Of a DNA stretch of 64,000 nucleotides, positions 38,580-52,972 are shown one piece after another. Position 1 is the first letter of the stretch. Each line of letters starts with the position of its first letter. A program made the position numbers and the translations under genes. The notes under the pieces are model-generated. The model saw only the letters and a list, made by a program, of their open reading frames with translations. It ran no database searches and had not been told where the DNA came from. This stretch comes from Eledone cirrhosa (taxonomy: Eukaryota), in contig OZ024753.1 of NCBI GenBank assembly GCA_964016885.1, forward strand, positions 33,232,001 through 33,296,000, given 5' to 3'.

Positions 38580-40703
38580 CGAGGAGAATAAATGGGAGAA
38601 AGACAGTCTCCCCCATATCGACCCAATAGAGGGACCAGCAGTGTTAGTCGAGGGGAGTATAATAAGTAAGGCAATCAAGGATGTGAAGACGGGTAAGGCG
38701 GCTGGGCCTTCGGAAATAGTTGCTGAGATGCTGAAGGCATCTGGCACGGTGGGACACACCATGGTCACCCGCATAGTTAACCAAGTCGTACAGAATGGGG
38801 TTGTTCTGAAGGACTGGCATAGCAGCATCATCGTTAACTGTTATAAGGGTAAAGGAGACGCCCTAGATAGGAGTAACTATAGAGGCATTAAATTAATCGA
38901 CCAGGTCATGAAGGTCACGGAAAAAGTAATAGCGCAACTAATCAGAGAGAGAATTGACCTAGATGAAATGCAGTTCGGGTTTGTGTCAGGCAAAAGTACC
39001 ACAGACGCTCTTTTCATAGTACGACAACTACAGGAGAAGTACCTAGCTAAAGGTAAACCCCTCTACTTATCTTTTGTCGACTTGGAGAAAGCCTTCGACA
39101 GAGTCCCCCGCTCCATTATCTGGTGGGCTCTTAGAAAACTAGGCGTTGATGAATGGCTTGTGAGGGCTATACAAGCCATGTATAAAGAAACAGTCAGCAA
39201 GGTTAGAATTAACAACGAATATAGTGAAGAGTTTAGCGTAAAAGTTGGCGTCCATCAGGGCTCTGTTCTCAGCCCCCTACTATTTATTATTGTCCTTCAG
39301 GCTATAACAGAGGAGTTCAAGACAGGCTGCCCATGGGAACTCCTATACGCAGACGACCTGACACTCATAGCGGAATCAATGGCCGAGCTAGAGAAGAAAT
39401 TCCAAACATGGAAGCACGGCCTAGAGTCAAAATGACTTAAAATTAACCTGGCTAAGACCAAAGTACTAGTTTGTAGGAAAGAAAACAAGGCGGCGGTCCC
39501 TTCTGGGAAATGGTCGTGCTCGGTGTGTAGGAAAGGCGTAGGTAGAAACTCCATTTTATGTCCTAAATGCAAAGTATGGGTGCATAAAAGATGTAGTGGG
39601 ATCACAGGTAAGCTAACTAAGAACATAGATTTTACATGTGGCCGGTGTTCTGGTGCAATAAGTAGCAGCAAGTGCCCACAAAATACTAGCTCTTTCAATT
39701 GCGCAGAGGGTTCTATAGAAATAGTGGACAGCTTCCGTTACCTGGGCGATAAAATCAGCAGTGGGGGAGGGTGCTCTGAAAGTACTGTAGCTAGAGTCAG
39801 AACTGGTTGGAAAAAGTTCAGAGAGCTTATACCACTATTAGCTGCTAAACGGTTCTCCCTAAAAATGAAAGGCAGTTTGTACGATGCCTGCATACGAACA
39901 GCAATGCTGCATGGCAGTGAGACCTGGGCATTGTGTGCAGAGGATATACGCAGACTAGAGAGGAATGAAGCTTGCATGCTCCGCTGGATGTGTAGCAGTA
40001 ATATACGTGAACGGCAAAGCATAAACGAACTAAGGAAAAAATTAGAGATAAGAGGGATCAGATGTTGTTTACTCGAGAGAAGGCTACGTTGGTATGGACA
40101 CGTGATGCGCATGAAAGTCGATAGCTGTATAACAAAGTGCAGGGCAATAAAGATAGACGGTAGTCACGGAATAGGCAGACCTAGAAAAACCTGGGACGAG
40201 CTGATAAACTCCGACATCACACACTTACACCTCTCCAAGACAATGTCACTGGACCGAGACCTTTGGCGGTACTCAGTAACAGAGAAGACCCGCCTTACCT
40301 AAATATATAGTAAAACCTACTCCAGCCAGTAGGCATCTCTAACAAAATACACCCCGTCCCACCACCACCACCACCCCCACCCCATCCACACCACCCCGTT
40401 CTATGTAAAGTTATATTGGTGCCGCGCCATCGAGGCCGAAACAAATGAGATCCCGTAGGTGTCACGACAAAAAAACACACAGTCCACGCTGTAATGTGGC
40501 CGTGTAGGCAACACGGTAAAAACCTCCCAGACCCACACTGTAAATGTGGTTGGTGTTAGGAAGGGCATCCAACTGTAGAAAACCTGCCAGACAGTCCTAT
40601 GCGAGCAAGACAATCACTCTTGCCTCAAGTGGGACTACCCACGTCCAAACCCATGCAAGCGTGGAACACGGACGTTAAACGTTGATGATGATGATGATGA
40701 TGA
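38580..40703 (+). mobile_element. 5'-truncated RTE-clade LINE (family 1): RT domain with a PHD-type finger, 3' UTR and (GAT)n tail. One in-frame TGA at 39433-39435
   Basis: ORFs 38530-39435 and 39523-40302 are in the same frame. Motifs KAAGPS, NYRGIKL, QFGF, FVDLEKAFD, GVHQGSVLSP, LLYADD, FRYLG, GSETW, LRWYGHVMRM, GRPRKTW. Confidence 0.92.
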
Positions 40704-41378
40704 TATCATCATTTTATGTCTGTTGTTCCATGCTAGCATATAAAATACATATATATCTATTATATATATATATATATATATATATAATTGTTTCTACTTT
40801 AGGCACAAGGCCAGCAATTACCCAGTGCATTACTGGTACTTTATTTTATCGACCCCGTAAGGATGAAAGGCAAAGTCAACCTCGCCGGGATTTGAACTCA
40901 GATCGTAAAGGGACGTAACTATGCTGAAAAGCATAGCGTCCGACCCTCTCCCGATACTGCCAAATATATAATGCAGAGCTCCCCTTCTCTTCAATTAATA
41001 CAATGCTTGCTATTTTACTGCAAAATCTCCCTTCTTATCACATGATTTTGTCTCATACTTGAATTTCATTGTTTTTTATATCATTCAACTTTGGCTACCA
41101 CCAAGATGATACTGCAAAGCGTATTATTGGTAATTTTTTTTGTTACTTCAGCACTAGCATTGTTTTCAAGTCTTTGACACAATTGAAAAGTTTTCTCAAC
41201 TCTCTGCATGGCATGGTCTCTACAGCAGAATGCTCTTCTTACATCTTCATCAAAGTATCACTGTCATGTTAGGATCTATCCTATACCATAGTACCTTCTG
41301 CTAGTGTGTCTTCTACGATAGTTTCAGATTTATTAATGCCTTGTGTGGGAATTTAGTTGGTGAAAGCCGTAAGGCTGT

Positions 41379-41418
<40 letters not shown>

Positions 41419-42417
41419 TATACATATAATCATCATCGTTTAACGTCCATTTTCCACGCTAGCATGGGTTAGACGGGTTAGGTTAGATGGGTTAATATAT
41501 ATATATATATATATATATGAAGTCTCCATATTTGTATATATATATACAAAGTCTCCATATATGTATGCATATATATATATCATCATCATCATTTTACATC
41601 CACTTTTCCTTGCTTGCAAGGGTGGGACGGGAACTGATTCTGGCTTGATTTCTACAGCTGGATGTCCTTCCTAACACCAACCTCATTTACAGTGAGTGCT
41701 GGGTGCTTTTTTGCCATGGCACCTCCACGACCATTTTGGAGTGGAATGATATGGACCCCAGTCCCTATCATCTCATTTCTACAGCTGAGTAAACTGGAGC
41801 AATGTGAAATAAATTGTCTTGCTCAAGGAAACAATACATCACCCGGTCTGAGAATTGAACTCACAACCTTTCGATTGCAAGGCCAATGCTCTAACCACTA
41901 AGCCATATATATATACGAAGTCTCCATATATATATATATATATATATAGAGTGGAGAGATGCTGTGCTGAAAAGATAAATCCAACTTATGCAAGTATGGA
42001 AAACAGATGTAAAACTGACGGTGTTGACGATAACAACGATGATATATACTATCTAAGATAAAAGTGCAAGACAGTACATACCAATAGAACAAATTAAATT
42101 CCTTTATGGCAGAATATATTCTTATAAAATTCTATTCTGAATGACAGTTCTCTCCTTAATTTTCCATTATTTTATATTGGTGTCTTATGGGAACTGCAAT
42201 AACACAGGAAGCACCAGAAATAACAACAACAACAAAACCATCACGAATACCAACAGTAACGTTACTAATGACAACAACAGTAGCAACAGCAGTATCACCA
42301 ATAAGAACAGCAACAAAGACATCAGAATCAGTGATAACAACATTATCAATGAAAATAATAATTTCCAATTAATGGACTCTGACTAGATTGTTGTGGTATA
42401 TTAGTGTCAGACTTGCC

Positions 42418-42457
<40 letters not shown>

Positions 42458-42504
42458 TTGCCCGCCCAGCCAGTGGGATGACATTATCTTATGGTTAAAA
42501 CAGC

Positions 42505-42544
42505 ACCAGTATGTCGAGCGCCGATTGGCGCTCGACATACTGGT
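42505..42544. repeat. Perfect 18-bp GC-rich hairpin
   Basis: ACCAGTATGTCGAGCGCC-gatt-GGCGCTCGACATACTGGT. Confidence 0.9.
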
Positions 42545-42563
42545 CGGTCAAGGTGTTCAAGGT

Positions 42564-42597
<34 letters not shown>

Positions 42598-42715
42598 TAT
42601 AAGTATGTACACACACATATACATACACACGCACACATATATGTATGTATATATCTTCATCATCTTCGTTTAACGTCTATTTTCCACGCTACTATGGGTT
42701 AGACATATATACATA

Positions 42716-43080
42716 TTTAGGTTTGTTGGTTCACCACTGGATAGAACTGGTCATTCCATATGGTCAATCTCAATGTAATATTATGGAGAGTACTCAACAT
42801 AATGCAACTCACCCGTCTTCGTCTGTGTAGTTGGTGGTGCGAGTACGGAGTTAATTATTAGGGCGGCCGACTGAGGTAGAAGCTGCTAAATAGTGGGTCG
42901 TCCTCCTGTCTCTGATTTTCAGCCCCATGGATTTTATCTGTTATATTCCTTTGTTATATTTTGAATACCTGATGATATCACCGGATTCATACTGAACCCG
43001 GTCATTGAAATGATCATAGTATAATAAACATTTCAAGGATTTACACCAGTCCAGCCTCCTGTTATTTTATAATTATTATA
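42716..43080. mobile_element. PLE-type mini-element: reversed tail (42716-42857) fused to a forward pLTR with a hammerhead at 42965-43022(+). Same family as 59843-62199
   Basis: atac-CTGATGA-tat.accgg..ccggt.att-GAAA-tgatca-TA-gtat-AATAAA. 42716-42857 is the reverse complement of ~62060-62200. Confidence 0.85.
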
Positions 43081-43152
43081 TTATATATATACCTATATAT
43101 ATATATGTGTGTGCGTGTGTGTTTATATATACACACATACATATATATATAT

Positions 43153-43640
43153 ATTGTTATACTTGGAGAGGGTCATATTGTTGTAATAATATTGCCAGAA
43201 ATAATAACAGAATACATTCACTATTTGGTTGATTTTAGCTTCTGTATCTTTTATATCTCCATAGTTAATTTATTTGGCAATCAATGTATATATATATCTG
43301 TATTTTTAACCAACAGTTAAAAATACAGATATAAATATATATATATATATAGTCTATCAACGTTCTTTCGCGCTACACATCTGCAACATCATCAGTGATA
43401 CTATTATGTTTCATTGTATTGTATTGTATTGTAATGTCTACACCATTGACACATAAGTATGTTTTGAAACAGCTAGTGAGTTTGAAATTAGAAACATAAG
43501 CTTTCACCGTATTTTTGACTAAAGAATATTTAGCCTGATAGTGGGGTTTGGAACCCTCTAAAAATTGGAAAAAGATGAGTAGCGACGTACTCATCTTTTT
43601 CCATTTCTTAGATGGTTCTAAAGCCCACTATCAGTCTTAA
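43153..43640 (-). mobile_element. PLE-type mini-element with a hammerhead-like motif at 43355-43400(-) and a 5' fold-back (43535-43581 / 43588-43634)
   Basis: Reverse complement reads tatca-CTGATGA-tgttgca(gatg)tgtagcgc-GAAA-gaac-GT-tgata. The 3' end ATGACCCTCTCCAAGTATAACAATA matches 7866-7891. Confidence 0.7.
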
Positions 43641-44408
43641 TATATATATATATATATGCGCACGTATGTGTGTGTGTATAATGTATTGTATGTTTGTATG
43701 TATATACGTATGCCTGTCAATATGGTTATTCCTTGGAACCTTGCCTGTAGAGAATTTTACTGTTAACTGCATAGTTAACAGTTCAACAATTATTGATTCT
43801 TTAACGATTCTCCTTGGTCTATTTTACATTGTAATTACCTGTGTATTCTTTACAAATAGTTTTTTCATCTATGTTGTACATATATTCCTACACAGCCATC
43901 ATTTTACTGCACTCCCACATTTCTTCTCTTCCCCTCCTTTTTCAAAAGGTGACATCTCTAAAATAACAATTCTTATGGAGTTTAGAACTTTTATTCTGAA
44001 AATTGAATTAGTAGAGAAATAGCATACGTGATATTTCAATGTTGCCATTTACAAATAACATGTTTCTGTCTTTTGTGACATTATATTTATTTTATTTTAC
44101 TTTATTTTATTATTATTTTGTTGGTGATTGAGGAAATATTTTGAAAAGTGTATAACATTTTATGTTCATATTTTTTTTTAGAATTCTCTACCCCTTTAAG
44201 AAAATCAAAATAGTTTATATATTATATATATATATATATATATAAATGCATACACACTCACACACATATACATATAGATATTAATTTGCATATGTGTTAG
44301 TTAATCACCGACACTTCAATATGCAGGTGGGTCTGTTTACTCCAGAGTATATTAATAAACATGAAGTATAAGTCAACAGGTTAACATTAGCTTCGTTTAT
44401 TCAGAGTT

Positions 44409-44467
44409 GCTGTTATATATATTTCGGTGATAACCGTTATGCAACAGCAATAACCTCATCAGACAGC
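44409..44467 (-). ncRNA. Intact type I hammerhead (element ~44292-44480, related to the 23977 and 24244 family)
   Basis: Reverse complement reads gctgt-CTGATGA-ggttattgctgtt(gcat)aacggttatcacc-GAAA-tatata-TA-acagc. Confidence 0.85.
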
Positions 44468-47400
44468 TACTAGAATTTGCACAGAAAAAAACAGAAATAC
44501 ATAAAGTTGAAATAAACCTTATTTCTGTTGTTTCTAGTCATTGATATGCTCTGGGCTATAATTTGATATTGATTTTTCAAGACTCCAGTAGCATATGGAA
44601 ATTGAATGCAAAGGATGTACAAAGGTTAGAAGGAAATGGAATGAGGATACTTCACTGAACTTGTAATATTAGTATGGATGAATGATTGAGCATAGATGGC
44701 CTGAGAGTAAAAGCTGAATATAAAAGGAATGAGATGTTGTGTGCAAAGGAGAAGATTGCACAGTTACTGCTATGTAATATTTATCGAAAGGTGACAATTT
44801 AGACAAGAAGTGCTAAGACATCAAGATGGATAGTAGAGACAGAACCGAAATACAGAGGAAGACATGGGAAATGTGGTAAAAGCTCATTTCTCTAATCTTA
44901 ATGACAAGAAGGAAATGACAAAGGACCACATAATGTAGCAAATCAATGGACAGAACAACTATCCAGTTTAACCCATGACAGTTTGAGAAAGTAGACATAA
45001 ATTGATGATGAGGAGGAAGATGATGATGATGATGAAAATTAAACTGATGATAATGATAACAACTATTATGATGTAGGTGATAATAAAGAGGGGTATGACT
45101 ATGACACTGATAATGATGATAACAGTGATGTTGATGATGATGATGATATCAATTACGAAGATGACAACAGCGATGATAATGATGATAATAAAAATGTCAA
45201 TGACAATGATGATTATATATTATCATTACAATAAAAACCAAAACTCAAACTATCAGATTACTTACTTCCATAAATAGAAAACGTTATTTTGGCAGTATCG
45301 GTAGAGGGTCGAACACCATGCTTTGCAGCAAAGAGTTACGGCCCTTTATAGTCTGAGTTCAAATCCCGCCGAGGTTAACTTAGCCTTTCATCCTTACGGG
45401 GTCGATAAAATAAAATACCAGTAATACACTGGGTAATTGCTGGCCTTGTGCCAAAGGTAGAAACAATTATTGAAGTACCAGTAATACACTGATAAATTGC
45501 TGGCCTTGTGCCAAAAGTAGAAACAGTTATTAAACTATCAAATATTTCACCAAACAGCTTTCACCATCACCACAGTGGTGTTGGTATATCATAATACATG
45601 GATTGGCAGTATCGGTAGAGGGTCGGACACCATGCTTTGACGCATAGAGTTATGGCCCTTGCTATTATGAGTTCAAATCCTGCCGAGGTTAACTTTGCCT
45701 TTCATCCTTACGGGGTCGATAAAATAAAGTACTAGTAATACACTGGTATAACTGCTGGCCTTGTGCCAAAAGTAGAAATAGTTATTAAAGTATCATAATT
45801 ATGAGAATTTTTATTTTAACTAAAATATGTTTTCATAAACAACATGTCAAGTGGGAAATGAAACAGACAAAGAAATATAATTTACAGACAGAAAATAACA
45901 TTTCATATTATTATTAAATAATTATTATCATCACATTTCATATAATTATTATTATTAAGTTATCATCATCATCATTATTATTATTATAATTTAATATTTT
46001 TGTCAGTTGTTTGTAGTAAAAACAATTATATTGTTTTAATAAAGCAAAATATTTGTGTCCATTTTTCTCGTTACTGCTGTCATGGCTGTGACTTATTGTT
46101 AAATTTTTGTGTTATTTATTGTCTGTTAGATCAGTTACTATTTGCTGATTGAACAGAAACAATATAGGATACACAAGACACTTCAATATTGTCAAGTACA
46201 TGACAAACTCTCTGGTGTTGGAGCCATGAGAAGATGTGCAAGTAACTGAGCATTCTACACACACGTGTACCTTTAACATAACTCTCTAGGAGATTGTGTG
46301 ACAAGGCTAGCTGGATTTATAGCAGGGAGGAAGGTGCTTTTGACCCCACCCCACCCCCACAAGCTAGGGGCCCTATCAGTGGGGTCAGGGGGCATAGTAA
46401 GATAGATGTGCCCTGGGAATGCCAAAAGTATGCCCCCTGATGTTTTTTTTTATTTTATCTTTTAAACACATCAGAACAATACTTTTAACAAAAAATACTT
46501 AATGTCAATCCTGTGGTCAATTCATTGAAGTTTCACTTCTTTAGATACATCAAATCGTTACCAAAACAATATTTAATTAAAAAAAAAATACTTATGGCAA
46601 TTCATGAAAATTTCTGTACTTTAGCAACATCAGATGATTGTTGTGGAATGTAAAGGGATGTAACTATCCAGTTTTATGCAAGGATATGGTATATATGCAT
46701 GTGTGTATGGATATATTTATAAATGTATATAAATATATTTGTATGTGTGTGTTTTTAAGTACATTTAAGTGTGGAAAGTGCACTTAAAATGAAGGTTATC
46801 AGATGTTTTCATTTAACATTCCAATTGCATGTGCCAAGCTGACTTTGAAATGTACACTTGGGAGTTTGTTGTGTACTTTAAATATAAGCCGCACACCTGC
46901 AAACCTGAAGTGCACCTCCCACCCCTGCTCCCAAGTTCTAAATCTGGCTCTGCAAGTACAACTCACTTTTCCAGCTAAATGAACTGAAGCTAAGTGGTGG
47001 AATATAATGTATTTCTTGAGAATACAATGCGTCACTGGGAATCAAACTCACAACTTTATGATAAGGTGTCAAACACATAACCTCTACACCACATGCCTTC
47101 ACACATTCACAAACTCTTTCTTTCTCTCTCACACACATCGTGTAATTCACATGCATACACACACACTCACTTATATATCCTAACATCCTATACACATATA
47201 CACACACACTTACATACACAACCAATGATTCACTTGCATGCACACACAGGCACTCTCTTTCTCTCTCTTTAAAAACAGACCCCTATAAATTTCAGAAAAA
47301 GAAGACATGTGCACACACACGCACACTCAAATTTACAAGTAAATACACAACATCACAAATACAGGCACAAAAACATACCATCTCAGTCACAACTACATGT

Positions 47401-50400
47401 TAATCCCCAAACACATACACACACATTCATAAACAGCCACCTACAATCACACATATACACACACACATGGAGACACACCAACACAATCATCCCTGAATGT
47501 ATATACTCCTCCCTCATCATAAACCTACACACTCACACAGACACACTAACATAATTGTTATACAGTTGCATACTCCTCCTTACTACAAACACACAATACC
47601 AACATAATTGCCACAACATGTACGTACATCCACCTCTCTCGCTCTCTCGCACACACACTCAAACACACACACACACAATGATAAAGACACATATAGGTGT
47701 GTGCATAACGACAAAATTTCCTGATTTCTAACCAGTGAGAGTTGACAGGATTAAAGGGAGATTACAAGAAACGTAGTTTAAGTGTCCTTATTGCTGTCAC
47801 AAAAAGCTTTCAGCTGTTGTTTTCCCTCTAATTATTTTAGACAGAATCAAATATTTTCATATATGTTTCTCTTTTATTTAATAATTACATTTATTTTTCA
47901 CACTTTACATAATTTTTATTTCTTTTAAATTATTCCTGGATATTTTTTTAAACTGTTGTTTATGTTATGATGTGACACTGACAGGAAAATCTCAACTGAC
48001 TCTTTTAGTATACGCAAGATTTGTTGTTATTTTTTAATGTTATTTAGGAGGGTAAATTGGTGGAGTTGTTGAAGCTTCAGTTTAAATCTTTTTTGTATTT
48101 ATTCTAGTTCTCTGTGTTATGATTTCAAATCCCACGAAAGCCGACTTTCCCTTTCAGAATACTACCCAGAATCATCATCATCATATTACATCCATTTTCT
48201 ACACTTGCATGGCTTGGACAGGTTGTTCTGGTCTGAAACTACATTGGTTGGTGAACCACCACTTAACTCTGACAATTCATATTTGGCATTGTTTCTATGA
48301 CTGGATACACCTTCCTAATGCCAGCCACTTTACAAAGTGTATATATGGATATGTAACTACTGATTGAGTTGTCAGGGCACATTAGTGACATTTAGTATGT
48401 CTGGGGAATTTTAAACATCCTGAAGGCCATCAACTTTCCAGGTCTGAGCACAGCTGGCTTCTTTCAGAGAAAGGGAGAATGAAAGGGAAGGAGAGGATGT
48501 GAGAAAAAGTTATAGTGGAACAATCAACCCTGGTACTTGACTGGTACTTTTTTTATCAACCTTGAATGAATGACAGGCAAAGATGACTGCAGCAGTTTTT
48601 GAACAGAGGATACAGAGAGCTCTGAACAAGAATGAATACCTGAAAACATTCTATCTGGCCTTCTAATGATATACAAAGTGTATTAGTGAATCTTATGATC
48701 ATAATAAAGAACAACACTACAACACAGAATGGTAATAATAAAGATGAGTGTTATGAGTGTTATGTGAGTTAAAATAATGGTACAACTAATTCTAGTCTTC
48801 ATTTTTTTTTAGGATTGATAAACTCAATACCAGTCAAATCAAATTAATTCCTTAAACAATGACAAATTCCTAAAGCCACAATATATACTTTTCAGCATTT
48901 GTTTTTATGTAAGTGACATCCAAACGAGTATCCTCCACTATCAACAAAATTACCCTCCACCTCTGGGTCCCACATATGTATGTCTTTACAAATGTTTTTT
49001 ATTTATTTATATATATCTCTGCATACTCCAATGTCTTTAGTAGTGATGAGATATTGTAACACATACACACACAAATGTGACAGTTCTAATATGTTTTATG
49101 ACTGTTCATTGATACATACACTTATTTTGATGGGATTAAAAACAACAAAAATTTTTAAAAAAGATCCTGTTGAGGTCAAGTGTTTTCTGGGGATTTTTTT
49201 ATATATGTCTACTAATCTGAAATAAATCTTTAATCCAAGTACATGTAGTTTGGTTTTAATTTTTTTTTTTTTTGTGAGTGGGGGCTGTTATTTGTTATTT
49301 CATCTATATAGCTTTTTTTTGTGAGTGGGGGCTGTTATTTGTTATTTCATCTCAATAGCTTTTGTATTTTATCAGATTCTGAGAAAATAGTGTAGGAATA
49401 AATGCCTTACGCTTTTTGTTCCTTGTTTTGGATCTCTGGACACTGAGTTCAAATCCCATCAAGGTTTGCTTTGCCATTCATCATTTTATGGTTAATAAGT
49501 TAAAGGAGAATTTAATAGGAGTGGATTGGAAGGATTATTGAAGTATCAGATGAGATATAAAAATAGAGAAATAGATGGGTAGACATTTATATATATATAT
49601 CAGGATGGATTCAGCTTGAAACTGGTGAGACCATTTCTCAACAGAGCACTTTGGGTAGTAGAGTATGGTTATATTATAAAGAGTCGGGACTCCAACTCTT
49701 TATATGTAATACTCATGGATGATGATTGATAGGTGAAAAAGTACCAGGAAATGCCAGTGGGGCGAAGCCACAGTAGAGGTAGACCAAAAAAGACCTGGGG
49801 GAAGAGGTGGGGAGAGCTGAACTCACAGAGGAGCTAACGAAGGAACACAGCGAGTAGAGAGATGCTGTGCTGAGAAAGACCCATCCAACCCATGCAAGCA
49901 CCATCATTTTTACGTCCGTTTTTCCACACTTGCATAGGTTGAATGGGTCCTTTGCAACACAAAAAATTAGTTGTAACGGTAATCATGTCACAGAATGTGT
50001 CACACTGAATCCCCCTGAGAATTACATTAAGGATACAAATGGCTGTGAAATGTTCTGCTTCTTACATATTAATTTCCTGAGCTGGCTGTTTCATTGTTCG
50101 AACAACTGGAACGCATGTTGTCAAAAAGGACGGACATCCAGCAACACATATACATAGATTAGGGTGGTGGTGGTGGAAAGGGTGATGATCATGGATCATG
50201 TTGATGATGATGATGATAATGACTGATTATTCTAGTATTTCTAGCTATCACTGAAGAATGAAAATGATTATGAGGATTGTGGTAATGATCATTATCATCA
50301 ATATCATAATCATCGTCAACATCATCATCATCATCGCCATTCTCATCATCATCATCGCCATTCTCATCATCATCATCATCGCCATTCTCATCATCATCAT

Positions 50401-50689
50401 CATCATCATCAATATCATCATCAACCTCAATATCATCATGATGCCAACATTTGCTGCCGACTATAACAGTACAAGTTATACTGATTTCTTCACAATTGGC
50501 AATTTATAAGGCAGTTTATTGATCGACTGATCGATCAATTGATTGAAGGACTCCTATCCCATCCCATGCCCCACCCCTTCACTGCTTGATAAGAAAAGTA
50601 TAAGGAAGTATAAGGAAGTACAAGGAAGGATATAGAAGTGGAGACAAGGAAAATAATCTGTGAATTGAATAAACATTGCCTTATCTCTT

Positions 50690-51190
50690 GAACTGGTAAA
50701 AACAAAGAAGATGAAAGAAAGAAAGAAAGAAAAAGAAAAAGAAAAAGAAGAAAAACAAAAAACAAAAAACAAAAAAAAGAAAGAAAAGAAAAAGAAAAAG
50801 AAAAAGGAAAAGAAGAAAAAAGAAAAAAAGAAAAAAGAGGAAAAGAAGAAGTGAAGAAGAAGAAGAAGAAGAAGAAAAGAAGGAGAAAGAGAAGAAGAAG
50901 AAGAAAAGGAGAAGAAGAAGAAGAAAAGAAGGAGAAGGAGAAGAAGAAGAAGAAGAAGAAGAAGAAGAAGAAGAAAAGAAGGAGGAGAAGAAGGGGGAGG
51001 AGAAGAAGAAGAGGGAGAAGAATCGATATAAAGACAACCTCAACAGTGATTACAAAACCTTTGTCAATAACTGTAGTTGTGACAAACAATAGCAATAACA
51101 TCAACAACAAAACACAACAATAATAACAATTACAACAACAACAACAAACAATAGTACAAACAACAACAATGGTAACAACAACAATAGCTA
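50690..51190. repeat. Purine-rich (AAG)n/(GAAAA)n and (AAC)n low-complexity tract; a similar tract lies at 22297-22445
   Basis: Visible simple repeats. Confidence 0.9.
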
Positions 51191-51443
51191 TCAGTTCTAT
51201 ACACAATACACCTTTCTCTTAGTCACACAAAATGTTCTATTTTCCTACATTTCTTTTTTTCCCACCTATTTATGTATTAGTTTGCTTGTTTATCTATATA
51301 TTTATTAGGTGTGTGTCCTTGTTTCCTTTTATTTCACTCATGTTCAGTGATTTAATATATAGTGTGTTCCCAAAAAATGTATATATATACTTCAACAGCA
51401 TTCTAATATATATTGCCTGTAATCAAAGTGTGTATACATTTTT

Positions 51444-51493
<50 letters not shown>

Positions 51494-51577
51494 AAAGGTA
51501 AACAGAAATAACATCACAATCGGTACAGTATATGGAAGGTATATATTAGGTTAACACTTGATATATCAGGAAGAAGG

Positions 51578-51613
51578 TCTTAACGTTTCGGACGCTAATC
51601 CTTCATCAGAAGA
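51578..51613 (-). ncRNA. Minimal hammerhead, second copy of the 23731 family (element ~51491-51710)
   Basis: Reverse complement reads tctt-CTGATGA-aggattagcgtcc-GAAA-cg-TT-aaga. Flanks are colinear with 23731-23897. Confidence 0.75.
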
Positions 51614-52675
51614 AAGAATGAGAAATAAGATAGATTGAGGGGACAGGCGGGATGTAATTGGAAAAAATGTCTTTAGATAAAAATAACAGGTCCATTTATG
51701 TTGACATCTCTTGCAAGAGAGTGAGAGAGAGAGAGAGACAGATATACATATGTGTCTGTGTAGGTATGTATATATGTTATATATATGTATGCATTTGTGT
51801 TTTTATAAATATATATAGAGAAAGAGAGAGAGAATGATAGAGTGAGATACATGTGTGAGTGCATGTATGCATGCATGTATGTATACATGCTTCACTATAA
51901 AAGCTTCACGGCACAGGCATTGCTTTATATCTGGAGATCTCTCTGCACTTGTTGTCACATGGTACCATGGGCCCAGCACTATGTGTCAATAGTGTAGTGT
52001 TTGTGCCAGATTTTTCAAGTCGCTGGCTGGACTAAAAAGTCACACTCGTTCAGCGCATCGGTGGGGGTTCTCCTACATGGATATAAAGTAGTGGCCGTAC
52101 TCGAAAATTAGTTGGCAGCCACCATGTATACATGTATGTATATATATATATCTAACACAATGCTAGCATGGAACATGGACACTAAACAGTGATGATGATG
52201 ATGATGGTGTGTATGTGTGAACAGACTTTTATTGGTATCAACAATGAGTCTTCTAGTTGTTTGATAAACGGAACTGCCTACTTGTGGAATTAATATGCAC
52301 ACACATGGCTGAGCATTTCATAAACACGTGTATGCTTCAAGTAATTCTCAGGGAGATTCAACATGAAACATTGTGTAACAAGGCTGGTCCTTTTTAATCA
52401 AAGGTACAGTCCATCTGATGGGATTCCAAAAAAGGTTTCCATTCCCCCAATTTCACTCACAAGGCTTGGGTTGACCCAATGCTGTAGTAAATGACACCTG
52501 CCCAAGGTACCACTAAATAGGATTGAGCTCAGGACTGTCCAGGTCAATATATATCAGGAAAGTAAGTGGAATTTAGAAATATAAATATTTTCTTTAATAT
52601 AATTGAATGAAAAGAGTAGAAAATAGATTTGTTAACAACAGCAACAGTTGACTGATAAAATGACAAGTCAGTCAC

Positions 52676-52972
52676 TCATATTGGTGGCCTCCCCACAACT
52701 CTGGTAGACAGAATGGAGAAGGCGTTTACCCGGAGGACAGCAAGGGAGACGCGCTGGAAAAGCCATTCGAACTCACGAGGCTCACACCTGCAGCTGGCCA
52801 GCTCTATGCCTATGGTGGTGAGTAGGGAGGTAGCCCTAGGGCCGAGGACACTAGAAGTCTCCACTGCCAAGGGTACGACCGCAAACCTGTCGGAGAGCAA
52901 CCGGTATTTGGAGAGTTTGGCCTCCTCAGCCTGACGTGCAGCAGAACCTGGTTGCAAAGTGAACTCCTTCAC
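52676..52972 (-). mobile_element. CRE-clade non-LTR retrotransposon C-terminal (restriction-like endonuclease) fragment
   Basis: AEEAKLSKY...VPLAVETSSVLG...LFQRVSLAVLRVNA matches the K..KY / P.A.ET.G..G / QR.S.A..RGNA signature. Confidence 0.75.

Noticed and set aside
40980-41340. Possible transposase remnant on the minus strand
   Set aside because: Multiple stops and no motif I can identify with confidence
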